Both the position numbers and the translations under genes were made by a program. DNA of 64,000 nt. Origin: Phycisphaerae bacterium (lineage in GTDB: Bacteria > Planctomycetota > Phycisphaerae > UBA1845). The notes under the pieces were generated by a model. That model did not search any database. It had not been told where the DNA came from and saw nothing but the letters and a program-made list of their open reading frames with translations. Within the stretch, counting starts at the first letter, position 1. Each line of letters starts with the position of its first letter. The stretch covers positions 288,001-352,000 of the forward strand of contig CAXXGO010000001.1 in the NCBI GenBank assembly GCA_963666835.2. The letters run 5' to 3'. Below are positions 9,970-18,540 of this stretch, one piece after another.

Positions 9970-10515
9970 TCATGGTTTTCGCCTCCTGTCCTCGGATAAA
10001 CGCACCCTACTCGTGCCCGTCTTGGAGACTTTGCGTTTCGCACTCTTGGTTCGTCCTTGGCCAGTGCTTCGCTTCAGCTTCCGCAGGCAGTCGGGACACG
10101 TCCCGCGAAAGTGGATGTGGTACTCATCGATATCGAAACCCGCCGTATCGATAACGGGTAGCGCGAGGTCATTCAGCTTAGCATTCTCGAGATCAAGGAT
10201 CTTGTCGCAGTGTAAGCAAACGAGGTGGTGATGTTGGTGGACCTTGGCGTCAAACCGGGCAGCCGCGCCGGGATGGCAGATCCGGTTGATGACCCCCACG
10301 CGAAACAGCGTATCGAGCACGCGGTATACGGTCGTCCGCGACACCCCCGCCAATCGACCCCGGACGGCGTTGAATATCTGTTCTGCCGTCGGATGGTCCT
10401 CGCGGGCGAGGACGGCCTCCAGGATGGTCCGCCGTTGGACGGTCAACGGGAGGCCTTGCCGGCGGCAAAGCTCCTCGAACTCCCGGACTCGATCTCGCCT
10501 GGCTTTGGAATGCAT
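9970..10515 (-). CDS. Fur-family (PerR-like) transcriptional regulator
   Basis: TVQRRTIL, HPTAEQI, TTVYRVL, HHHLVCLHC, GTCPDC; heads peroxide-defence genes. Confidence 0.92.
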   Translation of the reverse strand: MHSKARRDRVREFEELCRRQGLPLTVQRRTILEAVLAREDHPTAEQIFNAVRGRLAGVSRTTVYRVLDTLFRVGVINRICHPGAAARFDAKVHQHHHLVCLHCDKILDLENAKLNDLALPVIDTAGFDIDEYHIHFRGTCPDCLRKLKRSTGQGRTKSAKRKVSKTGTSRVRLSEDRRRKP

Positions 10516-10528
10516 ACGAGCACCGGAC

Positions 10529-10560
10529 GGTAACTATTACCATTCGGCAGGGCTTGTCAA
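10529..10560 (-). promoter_or_regulatory. Promoter of the Fur/PerR-like gene with overlapping palindrome
   Basis: TTGACA (10560-10555) and GGTAA-N3-TTACC (10529-10541) over the -10 region. Confidence 0.5.
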
Positions 10561-10565
10561 CCATG

Positions 10566-10912
10566 CGGACGCTGTTCTTTTCCGATCGTCGCTGGTCTTG
10601 CCCGGACTCCGCGCTACGTGCGCGTGCGTAGTACCCCCGTTAGGTGGAAGCGCCAACCGCGCCCGCAGCGTCTTCGCGACAATCACTGCTATTTTGGTAC
10701 GCGAGCGCCGGGCGTGCTGTGTGCGCTGAGGTTTTCTTGTTAGACGTGAATGCGGGCTCGAAAAGACCGGGGGTGCTTTTCGGGCGAGGTCTGATCATTC
10801 GACCATGCGACCTCGGAGTGGGGGTTCCTCGGAATTCGTTTCACGCCGGTGCAGGATCCGCGCAATTGGGCCCACTTGCCGTTGTTCGACGCGGTCGCGG
10901 CAGAAGTACGTA
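10566..10912. repeat. Diverged duplicated segment, copy B
   Basis: Homologous to 7317-7650. Confidence 0.8.
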
Positions 10913-11126
10913 GTGCTGCAGTACGGGGACTATCTCATGGAGAATCCTCTTCCCTTCAAAACGCGGGTGCGGATTGGAATAGACAATCGCGGTCGACCGG
11001 GGGTAGACTTGTCTAAGCTGCTCGGCGTAAGCGCGTGGGGCGGTGTGGTGCTTCCTGCGATGCGCGGCTCGACATGTTCCGGATTGCGAGGAGGCGTGTG
11101 GATCCAGAGCCCGGGAGGACGGCGCT

Positions 11127-11474
11127 ATGAGTATGTACTTCTACCGTTTGCAGAGCCCGACAGGTTCCATAGACACCGCCCAGGCGGAGGGGACCGGGCG
11201 GCGGGCCCAGAGCAGCGCAAAGGAACTCGAAGTGCGGCTTGACCGAGCTCTTTTGGCCTGCGAGGCGATGTGGACCATCATGCGCGAGAAGCTCGACGTA
11301 ACCGACGTCGAACTCGTTGAGCGGATAAACGACATCGACCTGTCCGACGGGGTCCTGGACGGGAAGGTCCGCAAGTCGGCGGCTTCCTGCCCTTCCTGCA
11401 AGCGGACGATCAGCACGCGGCTGCCGCGATGCATTTACTGCAGCCAACCGATCGTGCAAGATCCCTTCGCGTAA
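11127..11474 (+). CDS. Hypothetical protein with C-terminal zinc ribbon
   Basis: EAMWTIMREK, IDLSDGVLDG, CPSC..CIYC; RBS GGAGG. Confidence 0.8.
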   Translation: MSMYFYRLQSPTGSIDTAQAEGTGRRAQSSAKELEVRLDRALLACEAMWTIMREKLDVTDVELVERINDIDLSDGVLDGKVRKSAASCPSCKRTISTRLPRCIYCSQPIVQDPFA

Positions 11475-11543
11475 CCAGAGACGTTGGGTGCGTATCGCGC
11501 ACGACGTGGTTTGCCACGACGGCGCGCATCGCGCAAGCGCCAT

Positions 11544-11729
11544 GGCAGGTCTCGTACCTCGACCGTGCCCTATGAGCTAACGACACGATCTGTCACAATG
11601 CGCGCATTGCGCAAGGATCATGGCAGGTCTCGTACCTCGACCGTGCCCTACGAGCTAACGACACGATCTGTCACAATGCGCGCATTACACAACGACGATA
11701 ACAGGGCTCGTGCCTCGACCATGCCCTAC
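11544..11729. repeat. Three GTAG-type REP 30-mers at 78-bp period
   Basis: GGCAGGTCTCGTACCTCGACCGTGCCCTAY at 11544 and 11622, degenerate copy at 11700; near-identical spacers. Confidence 0.9.
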
Positions 11730-11746
11730 GGAGCTCCTTTTTCGCG

Positions 11747-12820
11747 TTACGCCGAAAGGGCGGGCCGTTGCAGGCGGACCTCGGTCGGCTTCGCCCCCGG
11801 CAGTTGGGCGGCGGCGGGGCTGCGGGCCAGCGACTCGCACACTTTGCGCCCGATCCCCGTAAGACAGTAACGGAGTGAGTTGCCGAGCCGTACGGCCAGG
11901 TTCCTGGCGCGGAATTTGGCGAGGTCATACCGGAACTGGGCGACCCGGTAGGCTATCTGCGTAGGCCCGAGAAGACCGGCGACTATTGGGGCGACTTCGC
12001 AGGTGCGGAACGTCTCCGGCGCTTGCAGAAGAGCAATGGCTACCGCCGGCAGCCGGGAGTCTCTCATGCGGAACCCGGGGACCCGGCGACCGCGCGTAAA
12101 GGCCGGTCGACTCATCATGCTCCGCAGGTGCTCCTCGGTTGAGACGCAGGCTGACCGAGGCAGGCGGAGGGTGGGCCGGCTGTCGTCTGATGTGACACTA
12201 TTGCGGCATACCGGAGCCGACGGTGATTGCCTGGCGGCTCCGTGAATCTCTGCGACAGGCTTGGTTTGCTGGGACAGCAGTTGAGCAGTAGCATTTGGTG
12301 CCGAAGAGATGTCAGTATCCGGCACGGCGTGCTTCCGCTCCTCCGCGGCGGCACTGAAGGACTCATCCGGCAGGAGCTTATCAGGGTCCAGGATTACATA
12401 GGATACGTCGCCACGGAAGAGAACTCCGGAAACGGCCGGTCTGACCATGCCGGCACCGAGCCGGCTCGCCGGAACCATCTGAGATCGATCAAGTTGCGAA
12501 GCGCGGTGCACGGAGTCGACCACCAAGGCAATCGGCTCCGGAGTATCCAAAACCACCACGCAGGTCTGCGAGGTGTAGGGGACTTCGGGCAGGCCGAGCC
12601 GCAGACGCAAGTCGACGACGGTGTTCAGCTTGCCGTTGACCTTCGTAACCCCTTTGACGTAATCGACGGTACCCGGAACGCGCCAGACTTTCTCGAGAGC
12701 AGCTACGTGCCGGACCTTACCGGCCTCGATGGCGAACAGCTCGCCTCCAATCGGACAGATCAGGTAGACGCAAACCGCGGGCGGTTTATCCGGAACTTCG
12801 CTCTTGACGTCGGTGTTCAT
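11747..12820 (-). CDS. cheW: CheW-domain protein with C-terminal winged-helix domain
   Basis: ELFAI..VRHV, VPGTVDYVKGV, VVDLRLRLG, ALVVDSV; C-terminal YRVAQFRYDLAKFRA..RYCLT; RBS GAGGAG. Confidence 0.8.
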   Translation of the reverse strand: MNTDVKSEVPDKPPAVCVYLICPIGGELFAIEAGKVRHVAALEKVWRVPGTVDYVKGVTKVNGKLNTVVDLRLRLGLPEVPYTSQTCVVVLDTPEPIALVVDSVHRASQLDRSQMVPASRLGAGMVRPAVSGVLFRGDVSYVILDPDKLLPDESFSAAAEERKHAVPDTDISSAPNATAQLLSQQTKPVAEIHGAARQSPSAPVCRNSVTSDDSRPTLRLPRSACVSTEEHLRSMMSRPAFTRGRRVPGFRMRDSRLPAVAIALLQAPETFRTCEVAPIVAGLLGPTQIAYRVAQFRYDLAKFRARNLAVRLGNSLRYCLTGIGRKVCESLARSPAAAQLPGAKPTEVRLQRPALSA

Positions 12821-12984
12821 GGACGTGATCTCCTCGGGGGCGGGCTCACGCTTGGTCCCGCCAATTCGATCAACCAACCATGTTACTATCGGAACGGTGC
12901 GATATGCTCGGTTAGTTATCAGAGCACTGGGAATAAGCCCGCGGTGCGAGGGAAACCCCCCGTGTGGAGATCGCGGGCAACCGG

Positions 12985-13554
12985 CTACTCCGTGGGGTCC
13001 GCCAGGCCCAGCTCCGCGGCTATCGACTGCAAAGCCGTGATGCAGTGCCCGATGTGCTCGGCGAGCGGAGTCTCGATCAGTTCCGCCCCGTCGCGGATGT
13101 CCTCACGAGAGACGGCCGCGGCGAACGCCTTCTGTTTCATCTTCTTGATGATGCTCTTGGGCTGGAGCCCATTGAGTCGTTCGGGGCGGACCAAAGCGGC
13201 CGCGTAGATCAGCCCGCACAGCTCGTCCGAGGCGAAAAGATACTTGCGGATGGGGCGGTCGCGGGGGCATTCGTCGAGATTCCACGGCACGTGGGAGAGC
13301 ATGGCCTCGACGACCTCTTCATCGAACCCGGCTTCGCGGAGGATCTTGGCTCCTTCGCGGGTGTGGGCGGGTGGATCGGGCCAGCGTTCATAGTCAAAAT
13401 CGTGGAGCAGGCCGGCCAACCCCCACTGTTCCTCGTCCGCCCCGGTGAGACGGGCGCATTCGCGCATGGCGGCTTCCACGCACAAGGCATGGCGGATCAA
13501 GGCCTGGTTCTTGGTGTATTCGTTGAGGATCTCCCAGGCTTTGTCGCGATTCAT
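12985..13554 (-). CDS. HD/HDIG-domain metal-dependent hydrolase
   Basis: HALCVEAAM, GLLHDFDYE, DELCGLI, KAFAAAVSREDI. Confidence 0.9.
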   Translation of the reverse strand: MNRDKAWEILNEYTKNQALIRHALCVEAAMRECARLTGADEEQWGLAGLLHDFDYERWPDPPAHTREGAKILREAGFDEEVVEAMLSHVPWNLDECPRDRPIRKYLFASDELCGLIYAAALVRPERLNGLQPKSIIKKMKQKAFAAAVSREDIRDGAELIETPLAEHIGHCITALQSIAAELGLADPTE

Positions 13555-13725
13555 GTTGATCTCCGCTCTCTTTTTTGCGGCTCACCCGTCTTTGGATCCA
13601 GGGTGCAGATATCAGGCCGGCGGCTTTCCTTGATACTGTGGGGCGGAATCAGCTCGGAGCCGGCCCCCTTTTCTCACGAATCTGCGACCCCGCCCGTGCC
13701 GTCGCGGCGATACGAACTTTTCCTT

Positions 13726-13753
13726 TTGACCTCGGCGGATGGTCCGGTATTAT
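13726..13753 (+). promoter_or_regulatory. Sigma70-like promoter
   Basis: TTGACC-N16-TATTAT upstream of 13798. Confidence 0.45.
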
Positions 13754-13797
13754 CGTAGCCTTACCGAAGCCGCTGTCTACTGAACCGATCAGGGTCT

Positions 13798-14877
13798 ATG
13801 CCGCTCCCACAGAAGCACCAACCAGCAACGTTCGATCCCGCCGAGCTAGCGGTGGTGTTGAGCTACTACGATCTGGGCGTGATCGAGTCGATCACGCGGT
13901 TCGCCCGGGGTTCCAGTCGGAGTCCAAAGGTTGGGATAGTCAGTGAGCGCGGGAAGTTCCTTCTCAAACGCCGCGCCGCCGAGCGGGCCCATCCGGGGCG
14001 GGTCCGGTTCTCGCATTGGGTGCAAACTCATCTGGCCGCGGCTGGTTTTCCGTTGGCACGCCTGATCCCCACCCGGCGGGAATCGGAGACGCTGGTGCAG
14101 CTCAAGGAGCACATCTACGAGCTGTTTGCCTTCGTGGCCGGCGAGCCCTATCAGCGGTCGGCGGAAGAGGCGTTGGACGGAGGTGAGGTGCTCGCCAAGT
14201 TCCACAACGCGGCCGAGGGGTTCGTCGTGCCCGAGCGGATGGAAGTTCCGCACGGCGGTTATCACGATGCTTCCGGGGTGCGGACCGGGCTGTGCAGCAT
14301 CGGTTCAATGCTCAGCTCTCATGAGAGCCTGGCGGGTAACGAGGGCGAGCTGACGGATCTGCTGCAGTTCCTTCTCCACGGTTATAACCGGGCGGCGGAC
14401 GCTGCCAACCGTCTCGGTCTATCCGCTCAGCCGGATCGGATCGTGCACATGGACTGGCACCCCGGCAATTTGCTGTTTCGCAAACAGCGCGTTGTCGCGG
14501 TGATAGACTACGACTCGGTGCGGCAGTCGCGGACTGCCTTGGACACGGCCAACGGGGCGCTGCAGTTTTCGATCCTGGCCGGCGGCGATCCGGCCGCCTG
14601 GCCCGACGAGCTGGACGAAGAGCGGTTCTACGCCTTTCTTGACGGTTACGAGTCGGTTCACCCGCTATCTGAAGAAGAGCGGCTTTGCCTTCCGCACCTG
14701 ATGATCGAGAGCCTGATCAGCGAGTGCGTTCCGCCGATCGCCCGCACGGGCACGGTAGGTCGCTGGGCCGGGTTCCGCATCTTGCAGATGGTGCGTCGGA
14801 AAGTCACCTGGCTGGATGCCAACGCCGAACGGCTTATCTCGGCCGGCCGCACGCGCGCGATCACGGAAGATCAATAG
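13798..14877 (+). CDS. APH / homoserine kinase type II family phosphotransferase
   Basis: FLLKRR, VHMDWHPGNLLF, VIDYD. Confidence 0.88.
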   Translation: MPLPQKHQPATFDPAELAVVLSYYDLGVIESITRFARGSSRSPKVGIVSERGKFLLKRRAAERAHPGRVRFSHWVQTHLAAAGFPLARLIPTRRESETLVQLKEHIYELFAFVAGEPYQRSAEEALDGGEVLAKFHNAAEGFVVPERMEVPHGGYHDASGVRTGLCSIGSMLSSHESLAGNEGELTDLLQFLLHGYNRAADAANRLGLSAQPDRIVHMDWHPGNLLFRKQRVVAVIDYDSVRQSRTALDTANGALQFSILAGGDPAAWPDELDEERFYAFLDGYESVHPLSEEERLCLPHLMIESLISECVPPIARTGTVGRWAGFRILQMVRRKVTWLDANAERLISAGRTRAITEDQ

Positions 14878-14964
14878 CAAGCCGCTGAAGCCGCAATCAT
14901 GCTCGCGGACCCTGAATCCCGGGAGTCCCCACTTCTGAAGAGGGCCACCCGTCCGGACCGATCC

Positions 14965-15385
14965 GTAGGGCACGGTCGAGGCACGAGACCTGCCGCAAAA
15001 GCGCGCATCGCGCGAAGACGTCACCGTCGTCTAGCTCGCGAAACCAGCCCGATAGGGCGACAGGTCTTCTTAGCCCCAAGGCGTAAGCCTGGGGGATTAA
15101 TCGTCCGTTTCGCGTCAAGCCCCCTCGGGGGCGGCAGAGACCATCGAGGTTTGGATCGGACACCGGTGATTCAACATTATACGGGAAGCACGTTGGCGAC
15201 CACCGGAACCTCTTGGAGCATCGAAGTTCCGCCCCTGGCGGGGCTGGGGCCGACTTGCGACGCGATCCCGCGGCTGACGCCGCGGGCTAAACATAGCTGT
15301 CGCCCCAACGGGCTGGTCCCGCGAGCCACCTAGGTGGCACATATTCGTGCAACTCGAACCATGGACGGGTGGCCCATGGCTTTAG
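14965..15385. repeat. REP cluster including a ~270-bp REPIN-like element (15046-15314)
   Basis: GTAG 30-mer at 14965; inverted ends AGCCC..GGGCGACAG / CTGTCGCCC..GGGCT; homologue at 45865-46132. Confidence 0.8.
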
Positions 15386-15650
15386 GGCCTGTCGATTTAA
15401 TTGGCATGGTTCTTGATGGCAGGTGTTCGTGGCCGAGCGTCAGGAAGAGAGGCGTCGCAGGGAGGCAACGAGCATGAGCAGATGGAACCGAGCCCCGCTG
15501 CCCAGAGACCAAATACTCCTGATTCCCGAGACGTTGGGAGACCGCATCCCCGAGAATCACTCGGTGCGGCTCTTGATGGAAATCCTCGATGGACTGGATT
15601 GGGCAAGCTGGGAACAACATTACGTTCTGGTGGTGGGGCAGCCGCCGATT
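15386..15650 (+). mobile_element. IS1182-family-like element, left end plus transposase N-terminus (truncated)
   Basis: ATG 15474: RDQILLIPETLGDRIPENHSVR..LDW..Y..GQPPI; breaks at 15650. Confidence 0.75.
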
Positions 15651-16335
15651 CGAAGCCGCGTTGGCTGAGCGATCGACTTTGACGTAGGCCCGCGGCGCAC
15701 AAGGCCGCCTCATGGACCATTTGAAGCGCCAAACGGGGTTCCACTCGCTCAGTGGGTTGACCGCTCCAACCACAAAGCAGATCCCACGTACCCAAACGCA
15801 GATGCTCAGGGATCAGCAGCCACAGGCCAACCAGGTTGCCGGAGACCTTGTCGGCCAGGAGCTGCCGCACACCCCGCTGTAGATCGATCGGATCGCAGGA
15901 CTCGACGCGGACGCGCTTGAGGGTCCGTTGCGTTTGAATCTTCTGCTTATCTCTTTTTGGACGACATCGGTGAAGTTTTTTTTTGAAGGCCGAACTCTTC
16001 GATGACACGTTGCACGCTCCGTATGCTGATGGTCCAGCCACTCTGCGTGAGCTTCTGGGCAATGACTTCGGCGGAGGCTTGAGGGTCGAGGAAGCGGTGC
16101 CGGATGACTTGGCGAACGACTTCGGCTGTGCGACGGTATTGGGTTTTCGGTCCGCGTTTGCGGCTTTGCAGTGCGCTGCTACCGGATTCGCGGAACGCGG
16201 CGCGCAACTGAAAGTAGCGTTGCTTGCTGAAGCCGAACTTCTGTGCAGCCTTGGTGGGGCCGAGGCCTTCGCATTCGCCTTCCAGCAACATGCAGAGTTT
16301 ACGTGTCATCTCATCGTCGTCTCGTACGGGGAACC
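15651..16335 (-). mobile_element. Truncated two-ORF transposase-like element (HTH orfA + orfB, A9 frameshift site)
   Basis: orfA: AAQKFGFSKQRYFQL..KRGPK..ISIRSVQRVI..LQKKT; -1 frame continues KKLHR..GLWLLIPEHLRLGTWDLL; ends at 15651. Confidence 0.7.
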
Positions 16336-16478
16336 CACTCCGCAACCGAAAGGGCGGATCTGGAAACCCTCCACCTAAAAGCGCGCGCGCCCGAGTTCTA
16401 TCCCGACCCCGTCCGATTCTCAAGTCTCAATCCGCGATGATAGCCAAGTTAACCGCCGGGTTGCCGGCCAACAAGCTA

Positions 16479-18314
16479 TCAGTCCATCGGCTCGAGCCCG
16501 TTGTTTGTGAGCACTACCGTTTCGCCGATCGCGGGGAGTGGGAAAGGGGCATAGGTATCTCCATCCCAATACAACCAGCGCAGAGAGGGGTCCTCCAGGG
16601 GCGCAGCGAAGTGGAAGGTGGCTTCGGCGGGGCGATTGTCGGCGGTCAAACCGGTTATCTCGATAACCACGTCCGTCAGGTGCACGCGTTGCCCCAGCGA
16701 CATGGGATAGTCCAACGACCGAGCCAGTTGATCCCACGGGGATTTCAGAAAACCGCCGGTCGGACGAATCGTCAATGTGTGCGCGTCCGGCCGCTGGACC
16801 AATACCGGAGCCTGATGCGGAGCCAGGATCCGAGTGTGGGCCGGGACCGGCAGACCATCGAGCGCATTGCGAATCGGCAGGTACCCCGCCCCCATAACCA
16901 GCGGAGCGGTCACCACCACCAGGGATTGCTCCTCGACCTCCACGTCCAACGGCACGTGGATACTGATGCTCTCCAGCCAGCTCCTCGGGCCGGCCGGCAT
17001 AGCGGACCGCATCGCCAGCCCTATCGGCGCCAACCCGCCGTGTACGACCACAAAGAACGCCGCCAGCGCCCGCGCGCCGAATCGGCGCCGCGGACGAGCC
17101 CCGTCGGCTTCCAATGCTCCGTGCCCAGCGTACACGTCCGCCAGCCACTGCGCCAGCAGCGCAAACGCTCCGAGCCCGACGAACAGCGTCATCCGATCCG
17201 CCGGGAACGTAGCGCAGATCGGGAGCAGTGACAGTATCATGCCACTCCCCCAGAACCCGGTCTGCCGGTTTCGCCGTAACATCGGGATTACCACCGCCGC
17301 CATTGCTCCGACCAGCCCGAGCGCAACGAACGAAAGAACCAACGCCGCGCCGAACTCCGCGGCCACGACGTAGGTCTCCGACGGAGGCAAGGCCCACTGC
17401 CCCAACAACAACACCGGCACCTGCTTCGCCGCAGATGCCAGATACTTCAACGGCTCCCGGAGCGGGTCGACATACAACCCGATCCCCATTACGCCATACC
17501 CGAGATGACTCCAGACCATCCGCCAGCCGGTCACCACTGCAGCATACGGCAGCAGCGCCGCCACGCGCCTCCGCCCGCGAGCTCGATCCAGGAACAAGGC
17601 ATGGGCCACGAGATAGGCCAGCGCCCCCACCCCGGCTTCGGCGGAGAGCAGGCTCGCCAGAAGCAGCCCCGGACCGAGAACCGCCCCGCTCTTCCATCCA
17701 TCTCGCCGCCAGCGGTCGTGGGCCAGGATCGCCAGCATCCCGAAAACACCTGCGATAAGCGCGTTGCGGTTGGCCAGGAACCCGACCGGCATCCCCCGGG
17801 CATCGTCAATGGCATAGAACAAAGCCGCCAACCCGGCGATCCAGGTCGCTCCCATGATCCGCCGAAAGAGCATCGTCGCCACAACGATCAGCAGCGCAAA
17901 CCACGCGATGCTCTGAGCGTGCATCCACGCGGGGCTTTCTGGCCAGAAGCGGTAATCCACCCAGTGCGTCAGCGCCGTAATCGGCCGCCAGAACGCCGCC
18001 CGCAGATCCTGAAGCGACCACCAGGGCCAGAACCCCTTGTCGATCAGTCGGTGGTTCTGCTCCGGATCGCCGCTGGCGAAAGTGAACAGGTCCAACGAGG
18101 GAGTTGCCGAGGCGGCAAGCGCCGGTGAACCGACCAGCTTGAGACGGTGGAAATGATCGTCTGCGACCCATCCGCCCCACAACGAGGGCAGGGCGAGAAG
18201 CACGCCCACCGTGGCCAGCATCAGCGGCAGACGCCGGTGCGTCAGATAGCGGAGCAGCCTGGAGGACTCTCCGGTTCGATCGGTTCGTTCCCCCCGGCTC
18301 TCGCGTGATGCCAT
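16479..18314 (-). CDS. Polytopic membrane protein, GT-C glycosyltransferase-like
   Basis: N-terminal ADD motif, FWRPI, ANRNAL, SAEAG, many TM helices. Confidence 0.75.
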   Translation of the reverse strand: MASRESRGERTDRTGESSRLLRYLTHRRLPLMLATVGVLLALPSLWGGWVADDHFHRLKLVGSPALAASATPSLDLFTFASGDPEQNHRLIDKGFWPWWSLQDLRAAFWRPITALTHWVDYRFWPESPAWMHAQSIAWFALLIVVATMLFRRIMGATWIAGLAALFYAIDDARGMPVGFLANRNALIAGVFGMLAILAHDRWRRDGWKSGAVLGPGLLLASLLSAEAGVGALAYLVAHALFLDRARGRRRVAALLPYAAVVTGWRMVWSHLGYGVMGIGLYVDPLREPLKYLASAAKQVPVLLLGQWALPPSETYVVAAEFGAALVLSFVALGLVGAMAAVVIPMLRRNRQTGFWGSGMILSLLPICATFPADRMTLFVGLGAFALLAQWLADVYAGHGALEADGARPRRRFGARALAAFFVVVHGGLAPIGLAMRSAMPAGPRSWLESISIHVPLDVEVEEQSLVVVTAPLVMGAGYLPIRNALDGLPVPAHTRILAPHQAPVLVQRPDAHTLTIRPTGGFLKSPWDQLARSLDYPMSLGQRVHLTDVVIEITGLTADNRPAEATFHFAAPLEDPSLRWLYWDGDTYAPFPLPAIGETVVLTNNGLEPMD

Positions 18315-18540
18315 TCACCATCCCCTGCAGGTAACGTCTTGTCGGATCCCCGCATCAGTAAGACGGGACGCGAGTCCGGATGTTATACCCCAGACGCACC
18401 GAAAGGTGCGTATCATCGCAATCTGCCGGCGACTCGGTGGACGGCCGGCCTCGCCCTCGCTACCGTGGTGCCTGACTGAGTTCATTCGCAATCTTATGGC
18501 CGAGCCCGCCCGTTCGCGGTGTTTTGAAAGAGGTGCTTTC

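Noticed and set aside
184..11730. Integrase-driven genomic island at guaA
   Set aside because: No integrase and no duplicated guaA 3' end (att site) seen in the window
16420..17697. 425-aa Arg/Gly-rich ORF
   Set aside because: Alternative frame of the 611-aa membrane protein
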